The position numbers and the translations under genes were made by a program. The notes beneath the pieces are model-generated. The model saw nothing but the letters and a program-made list of their open reading frames with translations, did no database searches and was not told the DNA's origin. From the NCBI GenBank assembly GCA_033761985.1, contig JANRMB010000292.1:1-45092 (forward strand): a DNA stretch of 45,092 bases, in the 5' to 3' direction. Shown one piece after another: positions 7,803 through 16,433 of this stretch; the stretch's first letter is position 1, and each line of letters begins with the position of its first letter. The DNA comes from Candidatus Sumerlaeia bacterium. GTDB lineage: Bacteria; Sumerlaeota; Sumerlaeia; SLMS01; JAHLLQ01.

Positions 7803-10691
7803 ATGGACTTCACACTTCAGGAACTCATCGATAAAACGCGTCAACGGTTGATGACCGATCAGGAGATTGTGCTCGCGGAACGTAGGGCCCGGCGGATGGA
7901 ATTAGGAATTGCTTCTCTTGAACGTTGGCAACAAGTGGAAAGCACCCTCATTCCCGCTGCGATCAAAAAAGCTGCGGATGAGTCCGGTGTCAGTGATCCT
8001 GCAATCATTTCCACGTTTGATGAAATCCTTCGGGTGATTCTTCGTCAGGTGGCGTTTGCCAGTGGGAGTGATGATGCGACACGATTGGTGAAAAATCTTG
8101 AGTCTGTTCACCGGGCCTTTTGGAAGTCACCCGTCCCCACCGCATTTGTTTCTTTGAGCTTTGAGCATCTTCGTGATGCACTTAAGAAATCCTTCCCAGT
8201 GGCGGAGTTCAATCAACTTGATCGCATGATTCGGCTGGAGCAACTCAGCCTTGTCTCGTTGTGTTCTTTTGCCGGAATTCAGGAATCATTAATTCGCCAG
8301 AGCTTGGATGATCTCTTCAAATTGAATAGCAAATGGGAAGTGCAGGATGCTTCGTTGCGTCGTCGGCTTCAACAGTTTGCCGAAACATTGATGCAGTTCA
8401 GTGCTCGAGCCCTGCTTCCTGAAGGAGGCGGACCTCTCGCAGATCTCATCGCCCGCACGAATGAAAAAATCAAACGAGATCGTCTGTTTGCCATGGCGAT
8501 TGTTGAGTTGTTGGGTTTGATGATGGGGATGATGCGTTCTCGGGAACTCAACCGTTATCATCTTAAGACAAATCATCTTTGGTTGGAAGTTCAACGTTCC
8601 TTAAAAGTTGCGTTGGTGTTGAACCAAACACGCGATGCCATTAGCCAAAGTGTTTGGAAGAAACTTTCGGATGAATTTCGCAATGGGTTTGAGGACCTCA
8701 AAGAAGCGGAAAAGGCCATCAAGCAGGATTCGTATGAGTTGCTTGCGGCGTGTGTCATTTTGTTGACTCCCTCGGGGACAGAGAAGTTTCACAAGGCAGT
8801 ATTGGAAGTTGATCGCCGCATTTACCGCTACAAATTCCAGGAAGCAATTGTTCAGAGATGGTTGCATCTTCTACAGGAAGAGTCTGCTCGTATCATGGGT
8901 GCGGAGGCCTTCGGTGATATTGCAGAAACTCTGGAGCAATCTTGTACCTTCATTCTAGTAGCCGGTGATTTTGCCACCAAACGTGCTCAAATCCTTGTCG
9001 ATGTAGCCCAAAAGCTTGCCGATGAATTCCCTGAAGTCTTCGAACGCAAAGCACGCTACTTAAGCTACGTGATTCGCGACCACGAGGCGCTTCTGGATTC
9101 CGTTTATCAGACACTACTTCCCCAATCAGAACTAACTACCCTTGGGCGTATTGCCATTTTTGGTGATGTTCTGATAGCGGATAAGTTTCCCAAAAAACTG
9201 ATGTTCCGTTCCTTTGAATTACTCGAAGCGGCTGTGGCGGAGCGTTTCACTGATCGAGTTGCAGGTGTACTTCAACCCCGCTTGGAAGCCATCATGCGCT
9301 ATCTACGGGTGTGTGTGGAACTCGCCACCACCGAAGAGAAAATCCTCAAAGATGCAACCGAACCCATTCTTGCCCAATACAAGGATAAAATCTCCTCCTT
9401 CAAGAATGGCGAAACAAAAGTTCGCCGCGACGCGCGTACTTTCTTTCGTTCAGCTCTTGCTTCCATCATTCCGGGCAATGAGTACGATCTCACTTGGGGG
9501 CACGATGTTTTGTTTGAAACGCTTCAAGATCGCCAGTTTGACGAAGCGATGATGAATGCTCATATCAACAGCCTCATAGCCTCTGTAAAATCCAATTTGG
9601 ATGCGGAAACCTGTGCTTGGCTGGTTCCAATACTGGATCGCTGCCGCAAGTTCACCGTGGCTGCTTCAGCCCTCGCCTCCAAGGAAGAAAAAATCATCGA
9701 TCAAACGGTGAAAACGGTTTTGGAAAAGCATCCCCATATTGCTCTTTCCCATGCCTCCGCTTCACGTCACCTCTCTCGTGATTTCTCTCGTTTATTCCGA
9801 TTCTCCCTGCTTTCCCTTTTCCAAAAGGGTCAGGAGAAAATGGCTCACAACCTCGATATCTTCTACGATGTTATTGTCTCCGAGGAGTTGAGTGTTTCCT
9901 ACATTCGTGATTGTTATGAGGGGATCCGCAACGCTGTTAAGATAAACCTGAATGCCGATGCCGCATCCATTTGGATGGAAGTTCTGAACCCATCGTGTCA
10001 GGCAATTATTACCACCGCCGAAGTGATTGATCGGGCTCCCACTTTTGAAGGAATCCTCTCCTCACAAACAGCTGAACTCTCCGCTAACGACAAAGCCCAA
10101 CTTGCAACCATTACGAGGCTTTGTCTTCAAGCAGGTGCATTAACCAGTTTCCGCGGGGGACAGGTCAACTTTGCACGCGAACTTCGGAAAGAGGGACTGA
10201 AGCTTGCCGCCCACGAAACACTTACTCCGGAAATAATCTGGAAAGTATTGAGCGAGCTGCATTTGGGTGCTCAAAACTTCTTGGAAGGTGAGTCACGCAA
10301 CCTGATCGCCAACGCCTTTCAATCGGCGAGGGATTATCTGTCCCTTCAATCCAAAGTATCCCGCATGGAGTTGGAACTATTGAAAGTTGCTGTGGAGAAG
10401 GCACGCGCCAAAGGGACAGGTCCCTCCCTTCCTCAAAACATCTTCCAGCAAGATGGTCGTTATCTGCTTCAGGCGGCCCTGCTGTCACTCATCCCAGGGT
10501 GTGATGAAAGCTGCACTCAGATTCGGCAAACCCTTTCCACCATCTATCGCCACCATCGCCAAGGTAATCACGGTGTGATCACCTCCACCTTGGAACACAT
10601 GAAGGCAACGTTCCAGCAGGAAGTGAAGGTGGGTCCTGTGGGGACACTAAACGCTCATCTTGATTCGTTCGCCAAATCACTTGCCGCTTGA
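7803..10691 (+). CDS. Large all-helical protein of tandem phycobiliprotein-like (globin-fold) domains
   Basis: 962 aa with an exact 117-aa periodicity (D309/D426/D543/D660; P206/P323/P440/P557); repeat 6 aligns almost without gaps to the downstream 156-aa phycobiliprotein-like protein. Confidence 0.8.
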   Translation: MDFTLQELIDKTRQRLMTDQEIVLAERRARRMELGIASLERWQQVESTLIPAAIKKAADESGVSDPAIISTFDEILRVILRQVAFASGSDDATRLVKNLESVHRAFWKSPVPTAFVSLSFEHLRDALKKSFPVAEFNQLDRMIRLEQLSLVSLCSFAGIQESLIRQSLDDLFKLNSKWEVQDASLRRRLQQFAETLMQFSARALLPEGGGPLADLIARTNEKIKRDRLFAMAIVELLGLMMGMMRSRELNRYHLKTNHLWLEVQRSLKVALVLNQTRDAISQSVWKKLSDEFRNGFEDLKEAEKAIKQDSYELLAACVILLTPSGTEKFHKAVLEVDRRIYRYKFQEAIVQRWLHLLQEESARIMGAEAFGDIAETLEQSCTFILVAGDFATKRAQILVDVAQKLADEFPEVFERKARYLSYVIRDHEALLDSVYQTLLPQSELTTLGRIAIFGDVLIADKFPKKLMFRSFELLEAAVAERFTDRVAGVLQPRLEAIMRYLRVCVELATTEEKILKDATEPILAQYKDKISSFKNGETKVRRDARTFFRSALASIIPGNEYDLTWGHDVLFETLQDRQFDEAMMNAHINSLIASVKSNLDAETCAWLVPILDRCRKFTVAASALASKEEKIIDQTVKTVLEKHPHIALSHASASRHLSRDFSRLFRFSLLSLFQKGQEKMAHNLDIFYDVIVSEELSVSYIRDCYEGIRNAVKINLNADAASIWMEVLNPSCQAIITTAEVIDRAPTFEGILSSQTAELSANDKAQLATITRLCLQAGALTSFRGGQVNFARELRKEGLKLAAHETLTPEIIWKVLSELHLGAQNFLEGESRNLIANAFQSARDYLSLQSKVSRMELELLKVAVEKARAKGTGPSLPQNIFQQDGRYLLQAALLSLIPGCDESCTQIRQTLSTIYRHHRQGNHGVITSTLEHMKATFQQEVKVGPVGTLNAHLDSFAKSLAA
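8250..10007 (+). repeat. Degenerate protein-level tandem repeat, period 117 aa (351 nt)
   Basis: Aligned motifs AIKQDSYELL / VIRDHEALL / VRRDARTFF / LSRDFSRLF spaced exactly 117 aa; LLP/LTP/LLP/IIP also spaced 117 aa; further degenerate units flank it (FQQDGRYLL..LIP). Confidence 0.8.
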
Positions 10692-10734
10692 TTTTGCCAC
10701 CACGACCTTTCGCGCCACTCACCAGGAGATTTCC

Positions 10735-11205
10735 ATGAATACAGCACTTCGTCAACTAAGCCAGGAATTACTGACTCGTCCGATTCAAGGAGCAGACCTG
10801 CAACTCCTCAAAAGCCATAGCCAAAAGATTCGCGTTGGTGCTTCTGCTGCCATCCAATTCAAGGATGCCCAAGGAATCATTATTGATCGCACGGTACGCG
10901 AAATTTACAAAAAATACCCCGATAAGCTAAATCAATATCGCGACTGTGAAGCTAAAACCGCTCGCGATATGCACCTTGTGATTGGTTATTGTGTTTATTC
11001 TCTTCTTCTGGATGACCCCGATTATGCCAAGGAGCGGATGTTGTATTGGTTTCGAACTGTTTTGAAAAACTATGAGTTCGGTGATAGCTTCATCGCCGAT
11101 TGCTACACCATCCTCAAGAGTCATATTGCAAAGTATCTTGAAGAGCAGGAAGCGGTGATGATGAATCACATGGTGGATGAATCTATCGCCATTTTTGTCA
11201 GCTAA
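10735..11205 (+). CDS. Phycobiliprotein/allophycocyanin-like globin-fold protein (Slr0149-like) lacking the canonical bilin-binding Cys
   Basis: IIDRTVREIYKKYP...KTARDMHLVIGYCVYSLLLDDPDYAKERMLYW parallels the phycobiliprotein C-x-RD...LRY..YA.L.GD....ER.L segment; AGGAG RBS supports ATG 10735. Confidence 0.82.
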   Translation: MNTALRQLSQELLTRPIQGADLQLLKSHSQKIRVGASAAIQFKDAQGIIIDRTVREIYKKYPDKLNQYRDCEAKTARDMHLVIGYCVYSLLLDDPDYAKERMLYWFRTVLKNYEFGDSFIADCYTILKSHIAKYLEEQEAVMMNHMVDESIAIFVS

Positions 11206-11244
11206 ACTCCTGAATCGTATGGATCAGATTTGTTGGAATCTTTC

Positions 11245-13083
11245 ATGAGCAATTCCATTGCACCGGAACTCGCAGAAGTACTGCAGGAACTTGGGATTAT
11301 CTCCAAGTCCGGCCTAGAGGAAGCTCTCTTCGAAGCCGAACAGCAGGACGTTTCTGTTTGGCGTCTGCTGAAACAGCAACAGATTCTCACTCCCAAACAA
11401 GCCGATACGTTGGATATGTGCGAAAAAGGGTATATCCCCATCAAGGTTGCACGAATTACTCTGTCCATGGAACTGAAACAAAATGTTCAGAAACCCAATC
11501 CAACCAAAACAGTGCCGGCAGATACACAGGAAACCGTCAAGCAGGTTGTAAAGAGAAACGAAACACCTGCAAACTCTCCCAAGCAGGCTGTTTCGGTGCA
11601 GTCTCAAACCCCAAATTTGGATTCCTCTTCGGCTCATGTGATTGGACAGATTATCGGCGAAAAGAAGTTTGGCAACTACCTCAAAACTCCCTTACCCACT
11701 GCATCTGCCAATCAGCCCAAACCGGATCCGGTTGCTCTTAAGTCTCCCACACCGCTGCCACATTCAACTGAACCTTTTCTCGATGAGCTTTCGCCCTTAC
11801 CGCTGGATTCAACCTATGAGGAAAAGGTTGTGTACACCCCGGAACCTGAATCTAGGACTGAGGTGGAAGCTGAAGAATCCAATTCCCTCGGAAGTTCTTC
11901 GATTATTGAAAAACTCCGCGTTTTAGATCAGCGTAGCAATTCACCAACTCCAGTTGCACAGGAAGAAAGTAGCCTTCCATCCATGCAACCCTCCACAATT
12001 CAGCAGGTGTTCCCCAAGCCGCCGGAGTTTCTTTCCAACGGTGTGGAAAAGTTTACTCCGCAGCGTAAAAATCGCCCACTGAGTACCGTAGCAGGTCCTC
12101 TGTCCCCCAGTACCAACTCCAGCACCCAGCAGAAGTCTCGTCAGAAAACTGACCTCTCCTATCTTGTGGGGAGAAAAATTGGAAAGTTTCAACTCAGCAC
12201 CCAACTCGGAAAGGGGTCTGCTGGAACCGTGTTCCTTGCCCACCACGCCTCGTTGAACATGCCGGTCGCGATCAAAATTCTGGATCCTTTCCTTGCAAAG
12301 CAACACCCGGAACTTATCCATCGGTTCATGCTGGAGGCCAGTTCTGCCGCTCGAATTAACCACCCCAACGTCATACGTGTGCTCGACTGCGATCATGTGG
12401 ACGGATTTCATATCATCGTAATGGAGTATGTGGACGGCATTTCTCTTTCTGAACTGATCCAAATGAATGGGGCACTTTCTGAAGATCGAGGTTTGAAGTA
12501 TATTCTCTCCGTTGCTGAAGGATTGGAAGCCGCTTATCAGGTCGGTATCGTTCACCGCGATATCAAACCAGCGAACATCCTTATCACAAAAACCAAGCAA
12601 GTTCGTATTGCCGATATGGGCCTTGCACGAGCAATCAAAGATAACTCCATGGCCGATACCGCTCAGGGTGTTGGGCTCGGAACCCCCCAGTATTTCCCAC
12701 CTGAACAAGCCCGAGACGCCGCCAGTGTCGATCATCGGTCAGACATTTATGCCCTGGGAGTCACTCTGTACGTGGTTCTCTCTGGTGAACTCCCCTTCAA
12801 GGCCAAAACCTTGAGTGAACTTATCTACCAGCACGAAAACGAGTATGCCATTCCCCTCAATGTTGTGAATCCTTCCATCACCCAACGCACAACAAATCTG
12901 GTGATCACCATGATGCAAAAACACCCAAGTGATCGCTACCAATCCTATGAGGCCTTGATTCAGGCGATTCAATCCTGCATCGTGGAATGCCAAACCAAGT
13001 CCGAGGATATGGGTTCCGGTACAAGCAGATCAAGCTTCTCCATGCTCAACAAACTTGGAAACTTCTTTAATCGCAAAACTTGA
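11245..13083 (+). CDS. Ser/Thr protein kinase with N-terminal MshEN-like helical domain and Pro/Ser/Thr-rich linker
   Basis: GKGSAG, VAIK, HRDIKPAN, DMG, GTPQYFPPE, DIYALG; N-terminal LAEVLQELGIISKSGLEEAL; start may be TTG 11230. Confidence 0.93.
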   Translation: MSNSIAPELAEVLQELGIISKSGLEEALFEAEQQDVSVWRLLKQQQILTPKQADTLDMCEKGYIPIKVARITLSMELKQNVQKPNPTKTVPADTQETVKQVVKRNETPANSPKQAVSVQSQTPNLDSSSAHVIGQIIGEKKFGNYLKTPLPTASANQPKPDPVALKSPTPLPHSTEPFLDELSPLPLDSTYEEKVVYTPEPESRTEVEAEESNSLGSSSIIEKLRVLDQRSNSPTPVAQEESSLPSMQPSTIQQVFPKPPEFLSNGVEKFTPQRKNRPLSTVAGPLSPSTNSSTQQKSRQKTDLSYLVGRKIGKFQLSTQLGKGSAGTVFLAHHASLNMPVAIKILDPFLAKQHPELIHRFMLEASSAARINHPNVIRVLDCDHVDGFHIIVMEYVDGISLSELIQMNGALSEDRGLKYILSVAEGLEAAYQVGIVHRDIKPANILITKTKQVRIADMGLARAIKDNSMADTAQGVGLGTPQYFPPEQARDAASVDHRSDIYALGVTLYVVLSGELPFKAKTLSELIYQHENEYAIPLNVVNPSITQRTTNLVITMMQKHPSDRYQSYEALIQAIQSCIVECQTKSEDMGSGTSRSSFSMLNKLGNFFNRKT

Positions 13084-13101
13084 GGCAAAAGGCGAGCATC
13101 G

Positions 13102-13446
13102 ATGATTGAGTCTGACTTCATTTGTGCGGATTGCGGCGAGGCTCAGTCCGTTCGTCATAGCATCAAGGAGAAGCCCCTTCCAATTTGCCCAGCTTGCCAA
13201 ACACCCATGGAAAGACTCGTCGCCGGGGGGAGTCACTCCTTGATCAAAGGCGGAAAAGTGGATTCAAAGGTGGCCAAAGTCGTTACCGATAAAGACCGTG
13301 CTGATATGGATCATGCCCGAACCGTTGCACAGAATATCAAATCCTTCGCCCAGCCAAAAACTCAGGAAGCATTCCTTAAACGGGAATCAATCAAAGGCGA
13401 GACACAACCGGCGATACCTGCAAAGCGGACTCGCAAACCCCACTAA
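13102..13446 (+). CDS. FmdB-family zinc ribbon protein
   Basis: CADCG...CPAC...MERLV pattern; 18 bp downstream of the kinase. Confidence 0.8.
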   Translation: MIESDFICADCGEAQSVRHSIKEKPLPICPACQTPMERLVAGGSHSLIKGGKVDSKVAKVVTDKDRADMDHARTVAQNIKSFAQPKTQEAFLKRESIKGETQPAIPAKRTRKPH

Positions 13447-13523
13447 TTCCCCTTCTTTTGGTTGAGTCTCTCAGACTATCACTTTCATACATGGCCAATA
13501 TTTCATCATGAAAGTGGGAAGAG

Positions 13524-16433
13524 TTGGAAAAGTCTGTCGCCTTGGAGGGGAGTACCCCTACCACACCCCATTCCGAATACCGCAAAATTCTCCCGGAACT
13601 GCTTCTGATCACAATCGTTGCGGCTATCCTGAGGTTTTTGTTCCTCGATCGTCCAGATTTGTGGATGGATGAAGTACGCGTGTATTTTGATGCCATCCGC
13701 GGCACCAATGAAGTCGTCAGTGATGCGCACCGAGTCCACTTGGGAATTCTGGGATGGTTGTTGAACAATATATCGGATTCTCCATGGATGCTTCGGTTCT
13801 GGGGAGCATTAGCCGGTACGTTGGCGGTTCCAATTATGGCGCTAACGGCCTACCTTTTAGGTGGGCGCCCTCTATTCCGGGTTTGTGGATTTCTGGCGGC
13901 CTTCAGCCCATTTCTCGTCTTCTACTCGCGGGATGCAAACTACTATGGGCCCATGACGTTTTTTGCATCACTCCAACTCCTCTGTATTGCCCTCTTTGTC
14001 TGTAAGCAACGGGTCCTTTCCGTTATCCTGCTTTGTCTAACAGCGGTCATCACTCATTACAATCACCCGTTTGCATCGATCCATTCGGTTGTATCCATTT
14101 CGATTGTTGGGCTCCTGACACTTGTGGATTTATGGAATCACCGAGCCCATTTGATGAAGTATCTTTCCACCAAAGGGGTGGTTTTTTTGGTGATTGGGTT
14201 CCTCCTTTTTGCCGGTTTGCTGGTGTTTGTGGGAAAAGGATATTCTCAAACATTTGGTGTTTTGCAGGATAAATTCAGTTTTGGTAAACCCTTGGCGAAT
14301 GTTTCCCTCACTCCAACGTTCTTCTATCAACTCTTCACCTCCCTTTTAGTTGTTCATGTTCCTGTACAAGGCTATGAAACAGTCTCACGTTTCTTGGGTT
14401 TGATCCCGTTTGTCCTGGCGATCTTCGGAGTGTTTCAGGTCGTGAGAAGTTTCCTTCAGAGACTTCAGGGAGCCAGTGATTCCTCAAATCACCAAAACGG
14501 AATCGCCCAAATCGCCGTTGTTGGAGTAATCCTTCTCAGTCTGATTCTGGCGTTGTTTGTCATTTTCAATGTGAGTTATCGTACGTTCTACCCCCGGTAT
14601 TTTAGCTTCCTTGTTCCTGGAGGAATGCTTTGCGTTGCCCTTGGAATCTGCTCCTTGAGCTCTTTTGCAGGGAAGTCTTTTCGTTCCGAATACCTCCTCG
14701 CACCCATCCTCCTATTTTACGCTTTTCAACTCACTCCGCATTATTCTCCCAAAGCTGCAAACTTTAAGCTTCTGGACGAGTATGTGGAAAATGAATCCAC
14801 AGAAGATTCACGAGTCTTTTTCCCGGTGAATGAGGAACTCTCCCAGGCCCTCTTTTACTTCAATAGCGAGCAACTGGAAGCCTTTATTCTCCACCACCTT
14901 CGCCCCTCACTCAAACACTCCGCACGCAACTGGCTCAGCCTCTATCTTTATGGAAGAAAGGATGTCATCGTTGCATCCGCATGGCGCCATGCACCACTCG
15001 GTGAATTCTGGACACACTTGGACGCCATTACGGAAACAGTCGTCGCTGGAACTTCTGTTCACGGTCCTGAACAAAATGCCCGCGTTTATCACTGGAAAAC
15101 GGCAGACCGCGCCCTGCTCCCCAATATCGCCACCCGATTTGAATACGGTCCGGGAACGAATACAGTCGTCGTTGATGAGGGACACTGGAAGCTCCATGGT
15201 GACTCGAAATTAATCGACCAACTGAAATCCCGATTCTCCTCCAGCACTCCAGATTCCGTGCAAAACTCGGCTTCTGTACTTTACTCCTTTGATGCCCAGT
15301 CATCAGGAACTCTTCTCGCACTTCCGGTCATCCCAGAAAAATTGGATTTAGGTCCATTTGGTCACTATAATTTGACCAATGACACCCGGAACAAAGAAGG
15401 CATTTTGGTGGATGGAAAGGTCATCGTCCCCGGAGATTTTGAGGAGGAGCCTGAAGGGGAACCCGTCTTCCAGATGGCCTTTGATGGAGTCTTCAATTAC
15501 GTAATCTATCAACCCGCAAATGAACAACGCCATCTTGTTTTCAAGCGCTTTTGTTCAGCCGAACCTCTCCCCAAAGGCCATGGAAAGAACACATTCCTCT
15601 ACGAAGTCGCCGTGAATGGTGTACACCAGGGAATCTACCCGAGTGAGGATAAACCCGGCGAATGGGTGGAGACTCAGATAGATCTCGTGCTCCCTCCCGG
15701 TAATCAAAATGTTATGGTCTACGCCACCAAGATACGCCTCAATGATCCCTTCCATGATTGGATCTGGGGTGGTACTGAATGGAATCAGGGTCCTGCTACA
15801 AAACCCACGCTTCCCGTGCCCGATTCGTTACTGACAAAAATTCCTGATTCCTCTCCCTTCATTTGGGGCGAACCGGGTGCCGTGAATTTATCACCTCAAT
15901 TTGTACCCACCGCACCTCATTACAATCGCCACGTTTCCTCTGAGCGTACTGGCCCCAGTGGTAGTAAAGCTCTTCTATTCACCTTCAACGGAAATTATTC
16001 TCACGCCAAGGAAGTTTACTCCCAAACCTTCACCAAACCCATCCCCGTTCGCGAGGGGCAACTCTTCGTGTACTCCACCTTCATTCGAAATGAGTACGCC
16101 AAAGATTACGCCGCATCACTGATGAATCTCTTCCTCGATGCTAACGGCAAATCCATGGGGGCAACCCAAGGCAAGCAACAGCACTCCACTTATCCCCAAG
16201 CCCAACGTTGGGTACGTTACGTGGAGATTGTGCAAATCCCCAAAGGATGCGCCTACTTTGCTCCCGGCGTTTTTGTGTACCCACCAGACCCCGCCAAAAC
16301 CAAACAACAAGGCCGCTTCATGCTGGATGCGATTACCCCCGCCACGGGGCAGGAAGGGCCATTCACTCCCGGTTATCTTACGCCAGCGCTCTTCTTTGAT
16401 CCGGAACAGGCTCTCTCAGAACTCAACTCATGA
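13524..16433 (+). CDS. GT-C (PMT/GT39-like) membrane glycosyltransferase with large C-terminal extracytoplasmic region
   Basis: LRF...DLWMDE motif after TM1, SPFLVFYSRDANYY, about 10-12 hydrophobic helices in the first ~410 aa, PRYF motif, then ~550 aa beta-rich soluble region. Confidence 0.8.
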   Translation: MEKSVALEGSTPTTPHSEYRKILPELLLITIVAAILRFLFLDRPDLWMDEVRVYFDAIRGTNEVVSDAHRVHLGILGWLLNNISDSPWMLRFWGALAGTLAVPIMALTAYLLGGRPLFRVCGFLAAFSPFLVFYSRDANYYGPMTFFASLQLLCIALFVCKQRVLSVILLCLTAVITHYNHPFASIHSVVSISIVGLLTLVDLWNHRAHLMKYLSTKGVVFLVIGFLLFAGLLVFVGKGYSQTFGVLQDKFSFGKPLANVSLTPTFFYQLFTSLLVVHVPVQGYETVSRFLGLIPFVLAIFGVFQVVRSFLQRLQGASDSSNHQNGIAQIAVVGVILLSLILALFVIFNVSYRTFYPRYFSFLVPGGMLCVALGICSLSSFAGKSFRSEYLLAPILLFYAFQLTPHYSPKAANFKLLDEYVENESTEDSRVFFPVNEELSQALFYFNSEQLEAFILHHLRPSLKHSARNWLSLYLYGRKDVIVASAWRHAPLGEFWTHLDAITETVVAGTSVHGPEQNARVYHWKTADRALLPNIATRFEYGPGTNTVVVDEGHWKLHGDSKLIDQLKSRFSSSTPDSVQNSASVLYSFDAQSSGTLLALPVIPEKLDLGPFGHYNLTNDTRNKEGILVDGKVIVPGDFEEEPEGEPVFQMAFDGVFNYVIYQPANEQRHLVFKRFCSAEPLPKGHGKNTFLYEVAVNGVHQGIYPSEDKPGEWVETQIDLVLPPGNQNVMVYATKIRLNDPFHDWIWGGTEWNQGPATKPTLPVPDSLLTKIPDSSPFIWGEPGAVNLSPQFVPTAPHYNRHVSSERTGPSGSKALLFTFNGNYSHAKEVYSQTFTKPIPVREGQLFVYSTFIRNEYAKDYAASLMNLFLDANGKSMGATQGKQQHSTYPQAQRWVRYVEIVQIPKGCAYFAPGVFVYPPDPAKTKQQGRFMLDAITPATGQEGPFTPGYLTPALFFDPEQALSELNS

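Noticed and set aside
7803-11205. Interpretation as a real light-harvesting phycobilisome locus
   Set aside because: Canonical bilin-binding Cys absent in all units; no linker, lyase, bilin-reductase or photosystem genes in the window
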